Source: Eledone cirrhosa
Taxonomy: Eukaryota
Direction: 5' to 3'
Assembly: GCA_964016885.1 (NCBI GenBank)
Contig: OZ024740.1
Location: 163,928,001-163,992,000, forward strand
DNA: 64,000 nucleotides
The position numbers were made by a program, and so were the translations under genes. Under the pieces are notes generated by a model. That model saw only the letters and a program-made list of their open reading frames with translations, searched no databases and was not told the origin of the DNA. How positions within the stretch are numbered: position 1 is the first letter of the stretch; each line of letters opens with the position of its first letter. Shown piece after piece: positions 1 through 10,139 of this stretch.

Positions 1-702
1 TTTTAATTGAGGAGAGAAACTATGTCATGATCATAGTTGGTTGTGAACTTTTTCCTTTTCATTACATTTTTATCTCCAGCACTTTATTTTTATTTATTCA
101 CTCAGTTACATTGTGAAATGCTTAAAGTTCGCGTTCTTTACCAATGTATAAAATATTTTATGCAAATATTTCGAATTTTGTAAGTAAGAACACATGCATG
201 CGTATAAATAAATATAAGCTCTTCTCATGTATTTCCACACGATAATTCAAATATATAAGCATGTAACTAAAATAATTAGCGAAATAGAACCGGTATTTCT
301 ATCTGCAGGTCTTACAAGAAAATAAGGGCATTTAAAACTGTCAGTATATTCTAATTGACCAACCAAAATTTTGACATGTAGAACTCTGATATGATATAAG
401 CATGATGTTTCTTTGATTTCATCACGGTGTCAGCCATGTTGTTATCACAGCTATGTTAGAATCAATTAACTTACTTTAAAACCAGCAATGAGTCGCTTGA
501 CCCACTAGAAAGAGCAGTCAAACGTCTTTAAATTCGCACTCTATCGTCTTAAAAAGGAAAGAAGAAATGTTGGATAATGCAAAGGTAAAGAGAAGAGAGG
601 TGGTTTTGGCTGGAAGATTCAATTAACAACAACAACAGCAAAATCAACATCTAGCTATGAGGTATCGGCGAAATAATCGAATTACAAAGGTAGTATTGCT
701 TC

Positions 703-806
<104 letters not shown>

Positions 807-1274
807 GGGCTAATTGATAAAGTGTGTTGCTAAGTTGCTAGGTATTATAAAGACCAATGTATTCATTAATGTATTTAATCAAATATAAATGAAGATGAAG
901 CTAACTAGACAGTAATACGATATAAGTTGTTGATGAACCACGTTTTTGCTCTGATTGAGCAGATCTATAATGAAAGGCCTTTCAGCTATGAACATTCTGA
1001 ATCTTTTCTAACAGTAGCGTGTGATTTCAGGGAGATTTGGCTTCTATGAATAGTGATTCGAGTAAATACGTAAATACTTTGTCAAGATACTTTAGGAGTG
1101 ATATAGAAAGAACGAAAGAGGAAGAATGCTCACAATGAAATATGTAATTAAATCGAAACAAAACAAATCAATAATTGCTCTATGGACGCAGCATGTGGCA
1201 GGTGTTTTTGTTTTTGGTGGGAATTAGTAACCTCCTTCACTTCATTCTCTATGCTTTTAGACGACCAATGTAGA

Positions 1275-1520
1275 CACAGAATGGCTGAATGGTTAAGAAG
1301 TTCGCATCGCAATCATTAAGTCCCGGGTTCGATCAACTGTGAGGCATCTTGGGCAAATGTCGTTTGCCATAACTTCAGGTTGTGAGTGAAATTGGGCAAA
1401 TGGGAACTGTTTGGAAGTCTGCCGGATGGATTGTACGTGTAATTCAAAGGGACACCCTTGTCACATTGAGTCTCACGCTAAATCTCCTTGGAACACCCGT
1501 CGTTGGAACTGACGGAAGTA
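1275..1520 (+). mobile_element. tRNA-derived SINE (CORE-SINE-like), degraded
   Basis: A-box-like TGGCTGAATGG and B-box GGTTCGATC, followed by a CORE-like 'ggcatcttgggcaaatgtc'. Related copies lie at ~42528-42840 and ~56055-56350. Confidence 0.65.
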
Positions 1521-2290
1521 CAACACACACACAGAGGCGGATGAAGCAATTAAAAAAGGGATGAAATAAAGATGTGTTGGTTTGTCAGTGAGAAATAAAG
1601 TTTTTTGGGGCATAAAAATTATGTTTCATTTACATATAAAAAATTTATATAATGATTATATTTGACAAAAGAAATAAATTAATATAAACTAATCAGAGAA
1701 AAGCGCAAAGAAAAACGTGAGAAGATAAATACACACTGAACTACAGGCCTTAAAAGGGAATGATGCTGTTTTCCTTTAAATTTACTTGAGACAAGGAAAG
1801 TTATACAATACATTGTCGCAGGTGATAGTATGGTTAAGGCAGTGAAATAGTCTAACACCCTCATGAGTATCACAATAAACATTGTTTTTGGAAACGGTCA
1901 TAGTCAGAGATTAAAACAACATAAAAATTAAAGTACTATGTGCTGGGCTTGCGTGGTGGTTCTGTGGTGTGTTTGAGAGTAAAGAAATTTAGGGCGGGTA
2001 AGGTTTTCTTTAGAAGACAATAAAGGTCACTGAGTAGAATAGAAATAATTTGCGTTGGGTGGTGTAGATTTTGGAGAGACATGTTTGTTGGTTTTCAATT
2101 TGATTAATTTAATAGTCTATTTATAGTAAGAGATGTGTGGTTTTGAGTAATAGATCTGAAAACCACAAGTTAGTTTGTACGCAAAAGGGGCTGAGAGAGA
2201 GAGAGGGAGAGAGAGAGAGAGAGCTAGAGAAAGATAGAGAGAGCGAGGCGAGTCATTCGGATAGATACGTACATGCAGCTGTAAAGATAG

Positions 2291-2339
<49 letters not shown>

Positions 2340-2534
2340 CAAATATATACATGGGGATATACATACACTCACGCGCGCACCAGCACATGTGTGTAAGAAC
2401 ATAGATAGACACTCTTATATACACATACAGCTGCACAAAGATTGGCGTACATAAATAAGGAGGTAAAAAGTCTAGGCGAGTGTACAGAAATTCATTGGTA
2501 AGTGGAAGAGTATAGACAGATAACTATAGACATA

Positions 2535-2601
<67 letters not shown>

Positions 2602-2844
2602 GGATATACAAATACCACATATAGATATAGACTCAGGATTGTAGTGTAAATATAGGTATTCAGAATTGTTAGTATATACATGGACATATAGATAGATGTA
2701 TGCACATGTTTTATGAATAATTGCATACACATACGCGTCAATGCAAACGTCTCAACATATAGGCACAAATAAGTATATGCACACACGCCTATATGCTTAC
2801 GTATATGGCGCCGCAGTCGGGATTTACTTCTCACTCTCTCTCTC

Positions 2845-2916
<72 letters not shown>

Positions 2917-2927
2917 GTGAAATCATA

Positions 2928-3113
2928 TAGTGAAATTCCGGTATAACGAAATTCAAGGGGTATAAAACAAATTCGTTGTAATGAAAAATTATTTATAATG
3001 AGATCGACCGAAACAAGTCGAGCGTATGTTTGTTATTACCTCGCTGATTGAAAACATTTCGTTATACTGAAAAATTCGTTATAATGGTATTCATTATAAT
3101 GGAATTTTACCTG
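2928..3113. mobile_element. Tc1/mariner (pogo/Tigger-like) MITE
   Basis: Imperfect TIRs (tagtgaaattccggtataacgaa / ttcattataatggaattttacctg), internal repeats of ttcgttataat, and TA flanks. Confidence 0.6.
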
Positions 3114-3639
3114 TATATATATATATTTATATATATCTATATAGGGAAAGACAAACAAACGTTACAAACGGTTTCTACAACCATTTATTATGGAAACCTA
3201 AACAAGTAAAGATGTCTATTTTTCTTAGAGAAAAAAGACGGCCAACAAATGGATATTTCCACTCCTTTGTTGAACAGCATAAAACTGACAACGGATAGTT
3301 TCCTACTATTTACTTTTGACCCAGTTATTTAATGTATACAGCAATGTTGAATACTGCAATCAGTAAAGTCCATCAAATACACAGATAAAGCCTCTGACGT
3401 TACAATGTTTATTCTAAAGCAACAAAACAGTACCGTTGAAGTTACATCATTTCTGCAGAAAGAAAATGCATCAACGGAATATGGATTTCTGGTCCATTTT
3501 TAACACTCTTGGAAAAGTGTGTACGGTACATCCAGTCAATATGAATATTCCATTTAGGACTAGTCTTCTGAAGTGTTGTGAGATAAGTAAATGAAAGCAC
3601 GCGAAGACAAAGAGGGATCGGAAAGAGAAAGAGGGATAT

Positions 3640-3926
3640 ATGTATGTAAAAGGTAGACAGAAATAACAACACAATCGGTACAGTATATGGAAGGAATATA
3701 TTAGGTTAACGCTTGAAATATGAGGAAGAGGGTCTTAACGTTTCGGACGCTAGTCCTTCATTAGAAGAAAGAATGAGAAATTAGAAAGATTGAAGGGACG
3801 GGCGTGGTGGAATTGTAAAAAATGCTTTTAGAGAAAAATAATAGGTCCATTCATATTGCCATCTCTTGGAAAACTGTTGATGCTGGCGTTTTGTGTATGA
3901 TTTACCTTTTTAGAAAAGTGGATGAT

Positions 3927-3928
<2 letters not shown>
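3640..3928 (-). mobile_element. Non-autonomous hammerhead-containing repeat (Penelope pLTR-like), copy 1
   Basis: Homologous to 26479-26690, carries a minimal hammerhead motif, and abuts (TA)n. Confidence 0.55.
3733..3768 (-). ncRNA. Minimal type I hammerhead ribozyme (core G5>A, probably inactive)
   Basis: Minus strand reads UCUU CUAAUGA A GGAC-UAGC-GUCC GAAA CGUU AAGA: stem I UCUU/AAGA, stem II GGAC/GUCC, palindromic stem III. Confidence 0.6.
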
Positions 3929-3990
<62 letters not shown>

Positions 3991-4032
3991 AAATATATAT
4001 ATATATATAAAATATATATATATATATATATG

Positions 4033-4084
<52 letters not shown>

Positions 4085-4882
4085 CACACACACATAGATT
4101 TATGTTGAATTAATGAATCCTATTTCAATGACAGCTCATGAATTCGAAAACGCTATAAAGTTTATTCTGAAACACGTGTGAAATATATTTAGAAAGATAT
4201 ATAGATGATAGGCTAAGGAAGAAAATAGATGTGAAGAACTGGTCCCCCTCCAAACAGCAGCGGCAGCACCACCACCACCAACAACAACAACAACACGAAG
4301 CTATGAAAATACTACCACCCTATAGTATAATCTGCAAAGTGTTGAAGGCCTGCCAGTCAACTGACTGTTGATTAAATGTTAAAATTCAATGACATGCTAA
4401 TTACCGTATGTGACCTAAGACTAAATCTTTCGTGTCTAGCTATTAATCGACTTCTTGCACATTTTTCTGTGTATAAGAAAGACATTTTTAAAGGAAACAT
4501 ATAAACTAAAAGAAAATCCAGAATAAAATAGTACGATACTAATTCTTGCTAACGTATGGTGCTATTCCTTCACTTATTTATGGCATGATTAAATTAAACG
4601 AATTCATATCTTGAATTTAAAAAGCTAAGTGATGTATGTATGTCTCTCACCACTGGCTTACATAAGGAACATTAAAATAAAACTTGCAGCTTTTATAGTA
4701 TATTATACAGCTAACAAACCAGCGCGTGTCAGTAAACTATATTTACTGTTCTGTAAAGGTAATATACTCTCTGTACATATCATATCCAAGCAAGTTCTCA
4801 ATTGAATTTTGTATGCTTGCATTACTGTTTAAGATTACTACAACAAATGTATGTAGAAAGACAATGGAAGACAAAGCGTACA

Positions 4883-4954
<72 letters not shown>
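4883..4954. repeat. (TATC)n tract, left boundary of the Tx1 array
   Basis: About 18 perfect TATC units directly before Tx1 copy 1. Confidence 0.95.
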
Positions 4955-4959
<5 letters not shown>

Positions 4960-5168
4960 GTCTAACGTGTGGAATATCGCCGGTAAGTTTTTTGTTAATT
5001 TCTATGCAAAAAACCGATCTAATTGTTTGAAAAAAATACAACACTTTGTAGATTAACCCCCAAGCTGAATTGTCAGCTGGGTGGTAATCCCATTTTTCGC
5101 CCCTGTAGGGGCGAAAATTTTATTTAAAAGTTTGTCTTAAAATATCAAATTTTACAAAGTAAAAACAC

Positions 5169-7046
5169 TTGAGCAACACTAGAACGCTGGAGAACGTTAA
5201 TAGTGAAAAGAGAGAGAAAGAGGCAGATATTAACGTTATATCTGCTTCTGCTGCTATGGACGTTGCCATAGATACTGTCACAAAAGAAAAAAATATATCA
5301 ACATTTGAAAATGTTACAATTTCTACCGCCGAAGCGGAGAAAAATGACAATAACACACGGGAAAACACGGCAAAAAAACCCATTGACATACATACACATG
5401 AAAAAGACATCAACAACTCTACAGATACATCTACACATAAAATTTCCAACAACGATAAGATCATTATCAACAACAACATCACACAAAAAAAGAAAATGTC
5501 TTTTGCTGACACAGTCAACAAGAAACAAGATTTTATAAATTTTGATATCTCCAACGCAAGAGATATGCTCCAGCAAGGGAGAAAATTTGTAACTTTCGAA
5601 GAAAGAGGTGGGTTTAGAATTAACTCACCCCTTGAAATAAAGGAAGACACAAACCGCCGATCAGTCACTTTTAGGACTGTGTCAAATTCGTCAAGAAAAC
5701 CGACATTTGTTAATCAGTCAGATATAGAAGATTCTTTCAAGGAGATTCTAGCAAATGTCGATTTTCTCCAGCGAGGAAAACAGTACGGAAGTGTTTCCGT
5801 ACTGTTTAAAAGCGAGACACTGGCCCCAAAAAACTCTGTGACACCAATAGTGTCAAAAGCATACACCTTTTTCCCTACATACATGGGGAAAAGGACACAA
5901 AAAATAAAAATAAAAAACATACCTCCAAGCATTAACATCTGGTGGATCTTGGCTGGCTTCGTAGAGCCAGAAACAGACATAATACTTTCGATACTAAAAT
6001 CCATTCGACAAAGGTGGGCGGGCACCGATTTGGAGATTCTGTTGCAAATGAAACCGGAGAGAATCTCCAAAATACCCGAAAGAGTCGTTATTGATAATAA
6101 CAACAAAATAAACATTTCGGTAGAAGGAAGAAAATTTCACTGCTTTCGCTGTGGTAGCACATCTCACCTAAAAGCCTCTTGTCCACAAACAAACAACAGC
6201 AACATCATAAAAAAAACGCTATTACCAACACCAACACCAAAACAACCACCACCACCACCACAAGTACAACGACAGACGAAACGAGCAACCACACCAAAAC
6301 AAACAGACACTCAACCAACAACAACAGAAAAAACAGAGACAACACCCCTGAAGAACACATCCCCACTCCATCCCACTCCATCAAACACTACCACAAACAC
6401 ACATACCGAAACACCACCACCACCACACAACATACCCTTACCCCACACACCTAACGATGATTATTCATCGACGGATGAAGCTGCTTCTCCTTCTTTAAGT
6501 GAAGAAGAGGGAGAACCGCGGAAATCCAAAAAACAAAAAAAGAGACACCACAAAACCCCCAAAACTCCAATCACCAACACCAACACACAACCACAGACAC
6601 AAACAACAACACAAACACCACCACAGTCAAACACCCCCCTATCAGCAAAACCAGCACCAACACCACCCCAAACACAAGCACCCACCATAAAAAGAAAACT
6701 CCCAGATGAACAACAAACTAAAACAATACAACAAAAACACAAACAACAATACGCATACATCAACACAAACAACAAGAGTTTGATGGAGGTCATCTCCCAA
6801 AACCCCAAGGTGGAGACGGAGGGCAAAACTTTCGTCAAGGCAGAATCGTCTCCACACCTTAAACTTATAAGGGTTTCTATGGAAACCTATAAAGACCTGA
6901 AAATTAAATTTTCACAGGACGTGGGCAACCCCTGCCACAAACCCATCAACCGCGTCCTGTTGAAAGGTTTCCCCACCCCACCCAACACCCCATCCAGCAC
7001 CCAAATGGAGATTGAACAACCCGATCTCCAGGAAACGAAAAGGTAA
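5169..7046 (+). CDS. LINE ORF1 gag-like nucleic-acid-binding protein (open frame; TTG at the position of copy 2's ATG, first ATG ~5256)
   Basis: 625-aa ORF with zinc knuckle CFRCGSTSHLKASC, a Pro/Thr/Gln-rich region and a basic KKQKKRHH patch. Homologous ORFs in copies 2, 5 and 6. Confidence 0.85.
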   Translation: MSNTRTLENVNSEKREKEADINVISASAAMDVAIDTVTKEKNISTFENVTISTAEAEKNDNNTRENTAKKPIDIHTHEKDINNSTDTSTHKISNNDKIIINNNITQKKKMSFADTVNKKQDFINFDISNARDMLQQGRKFVTFEERGGFRINSPLEIKEDTNRRSVTFRTVSNSSRKPTFVNQSDIEDSFKEILANVDFLQRGKQYGSVSVLFKSETLAPKNSVTPIVSKAYTFFPTYMGKRTQKIKIKNIPPSINIWWILAGFVEPETDIILSILKSIRQRWAGTDLEILLQMKPERISKIPERVVIDNNNKINISVEGRKFHCFRCGSTSHLKASCPQTNNSNIIKKTLLPTPTPKQPPPPPQVQRQTKRATTPKQTDTQPTTTEKTETTPLKNTSPLHPTPSNTTTNTHTETPPPPHNIPLPHTPNDDYSSTDEAASPSLSEEEGEPRKSKKQKKRHHKTPKTPITNTNTQPQTQTTTQTPPQSNTPLSAKPAPTPPQTQAPTIKRKLPDEQQTKTIQQKHKQQYAYINTNNKSLMEVISQNPKVETEGKTFVKAESSPHLKLIRVSMETYKDLKIKFSQDVGNPCHKPINRVLLKGFPTPPNTPSSTQMEIEQPDLQETKR

Positions 7047-7087
7047 GTGCACCTTTCGTCCTTTTTCTCCAACTTTTCTTCACCAAC

Positions 7088-9797
7088 ATGGCTGGTTTAC
7101 GAGTTGGAACCGTGAATGTGCGTGGCCTAGGGATGCCCTGGAAACAGGGCCAACTTTTAAACGACCTTAGGTCACACAGTATGGATGTGATAGCCATCAC
7201 CGAGTCCAGAATCCACAACAGGCAGCAACTAACCCCCATCTTCGACGACTTTGAGATCTACGCATCTCTCTGTCAGCCAGGAGGTGGGGGTGGAGTGGCT
7301 GTTATGTTTCGGAAGAACCTGGACGTCGGAGTACAGCAAGTACACTTGGACCCGGAGGGTAGACTGGTAGTCCTAGACGTGAACAGTATCGGAGGTGGAG
7401 CCTTCAGACTAGTGGCCGTTTATGCCCCGACCGGGCAATCGCAATCACGGCCAGACTTCTTTAAGCGTCTAGAGTCTTTTCTGGGAACGTCTCGCTCCTT
7501 GCTTTTAGTGGGGGACTGGAATGGTATCCTAGATGCACGATGGGACTATGTGGGAGCATGTCCCAGTAGAGCGGGGTGCAACAGCCTCAAAACTTTAATC
7601 GGCTAATTCCAACTGGCCGATAGGTATCGACTGGATTTCCCGACTGCACCACAGTGGACGTGGGTAAACCGCAGTGGGACATCTAGATCGTATTTAGATA
7701 GGTTCTTCATTAGAGAAAGGGACAAGGATATGTTAAGCTGTCCACGAATGCACATGGTTGCCTATTCAGATCACAAGTTAGTCGTCTGCTTAGTCAACCG
7801 TGATAGAATACATAGACAGGGTTCCGGATACTTGAAGCTGAACGTGTCGTTGCCGGCACGTAAAGCTTACAGTGAACGGATAAGTAAACTAGTCAAGCAA
7901 CAGTTAACGGGAGCCATCGTCAACAATAGATGGTGGTACTCTCTCAAGAAAGCAATTAGAATAGAATCGATAGGGTATAGCAGAGAGTTAGCCTTAGAGA
8001 AAAACAGAATAGAAAGAGAACTAGTAGCCAAGGTAGAGGAGGCACTTAGAAGTGGCAACGCGGCTAGAGTGTTAGCGTCGAGAACGGCACTGGACCAGTT
8101 CTTCGATGCGAAACACGAAGGCTGCGTGGTCAGAAGCAAAACACGTGCTCTAGGAAACGAAGGAGCGAAAGCTGTCAGCTGGGCCCGAGTGGTGGAGGCA
8201 AAAAGTGGCAACAAGTCCACGATTCGGTCTTTGAAAGACCAAAACGGACGCGTGCTACTTGACCCCAAGCAAATGTGCGCGGCCTTTCAGCGGCACTTTG
8301 CGCGACTGTTTGAGCAGAACGACGGTGAGCCGAACGGGGCAATGGACTTTAGTTCATACCTCGACGGCCTGCCGCGTCTCTCGAACACGGACGCCGAGTT
8401 CTGCGAAAGACCGATCACGGACACTGAGATACGGGACGCTCTGGGCCGCTGTGGGAAACGCAAGTCACCCGGTCTAGATGGTCTACCCTACGAATTTTAC
8501 ATAGGCATGCCGGACTTGTTCTCTGGCGTCCTCGAAGCCGTCTACTGCAATTGGCAGCAGAACGGAAGAATTCCCAGTTCTGCAGGCAAGGGCGTAGTAA
8601 CGCTGATCAGGAAAGACGAGAACAAGGGGGACGAAATTAACAACTTCAGGCCCATAACTCTGCTCAACACAGAGTTAAAGATTTTGGCCAAGGTGCTAGC
8701 GACGAGGTTGGCGCTTGTCGTCGAGAACCTGGTAGGGAAAGCGCAAACGTGTGCAATCCCGACCAGGTCCATACACGACAACCTCCACCTCATGCGATAC
8801 ATCATAGAGAGGGTGGGTAGTAAACCCGGCTTCGGTGGGGCTCTGATCAACTTGGATCAGTCTAAGGCATTCGATAGGGTCGACCATCGATACTTGGAAG
8901 CGGTTCTCAAGGCGGCCGGTTTCGGTCCCGTGTTCAGGGGATGGATCGAGGCGATGCACACCAGCATCTGCTCGAGGGTCAAGGTGAACGGCTACCTATC
9001 GGAGCCGTTCGCAATCACGCGTTCCATTCGACAGGGATGCCCTCTCTCCTCCATTCTGTATGTATTGACTCTAGAGCCACTACTGCGGAAATTGGAGCTG
9101 TTGCAGGGCATCCCCCTAGAACCGGGACTGCGCAAAGCGGCGTCGGCTTATGCCGACGACGTGACAGTAATGGTGTCGAGCACCTCGGAAATCGGGGTGA
9201 TCGGCAACATACTGAAAGAATACGAAACGCTGACGGGAGCAAAACTAAACCCAGATAAGTCTGTCGGTTTGCAACTCGTAACGTGGAGAGGCAAACCGAT
9301 GACATCCGACAGCGTCGTTGGACGCTGGACGGACGGACCGGTGAAATTGCTCGGGGTCTGGTTCGGTCCAGACCTCCAGGTGGAGAAAAACTGGAACGAG
9401 GTCACGGCCAAGGTGTTTGCACTCACTCAGAAGTGGGCAGAGTGCAAACTGTCCTTGAAAGGTCGAGCGGAGGTGGCGAACACTTTCATAGCGTCCGTCA
9501 TCTACTACCGCTTGACTGTCGTGCCTTGTCCCCGTGAACACCTCGCCAAGATGCTCTTCCAGTTTCTGTGGAAGAAGCAGGCTCCGCTGGTGAGGAGATC
9601 CGTCTGCTGTCAGCACCCTTCCAACGGAGGGCTGGGAATGCCGTGGCTAATGATGCGCAAACATGCGCTGAGGCTGCGGCATCTCCAGGTATTCCTCACC
9701 GACCCCCAACCGGTGTGGGCACCGTTTGTGAGACAGGTGGGTGAATGAAGCGAAAATGGCCCGAGTGATTGGGCCTTCTCTGTTTATAAGCCTGTAG
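7088..9797 (+). pseudogene. LINE ORF2 (APE endonuclease + reverse transcriptase), inactivated
   Basis: APE motifs NVRGL, ITES, VYAP, GDWN, YLDR, SDHK; RT motifs QGCPLS, YADD. In-frame stop at 7604-7606 (CAA in copy 2) and a ~728 bp deletion at 9736/9737 that removes the C-terminal CCHC. Confidence 0.9.
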
Positions 9798-10030
9798 GTT
9801 GAGGAAGAGAGCAAAAGGAAGAAAGGAGCACTTGCACAACACGCCCCTGGAGTTGAGGGTTGTTCTATCGACGGGGTATTAAACAACCCATTTGTGGCGC
9901 CTCCCCCCTATTGGGGATTTCGATTGTTGAAATTGTTTGTTTTTATATTTTTTACACGACTGTATGTAAAATCCCCGGCATGTCTTTGTATTGTCCCCTT
10001 TCTTGTTGCGCCCTTGTGGCTAATAAAGAA

Positions 10031-10031
<1 letters not shown>

Positions 10032-10128
<97 letters not shown>

Positions 10129-10139
10129 ATCTCTCTCTC
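10032..10139. repeat. (TCTA)n spacer between Tx1 copies 1 and 2
   Basis: About 24 TATC units followed by a short (CT)n. Confidence 0.95.

Larger units (their letters stand above)
4955..10031 (+). mobile_element. Tx1/L1-clade LINE copy 1 (subfamily A), full-length 5' end, internal deletion near the ORF2 3' end
   Basis: 5'UTR, ORF1 with CCHC knuckle, ORF2 with APE+RT, and a 3'UTR ending AATAAAGAAA. (TATC)n on both sides. Confidence 0.92.

Noticed and set aside
1275-1345. tRNA genes at A/B-box motifs
   Set aside because: They form no cloverleaf, and each is followed by SINE body sequence.
5064-5117. Possible hammerhead in the Tx1 5'UTR (CTGAA...stem...CGAAA)
   Set aside because: There is no CUGANGA adjacent to the stem, and the GAAA is itself paired within the hairpin.
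7867-8850. Antisense ORFs conserved across Tx1 copies (e.g. MIRAPPKPG...)
   Set aside because: They are expected shadows of a GC-rich conserved sense ORF and have no recognisable domain.
9736-9737. The 728 bp deletion in copy 1 as a GC-AG spliced intron
   Set aside because: The donor context GCTTTC is far from consensus and the acceptor lacks a pyrimidine tract. AGG microhomology explains it more simply.
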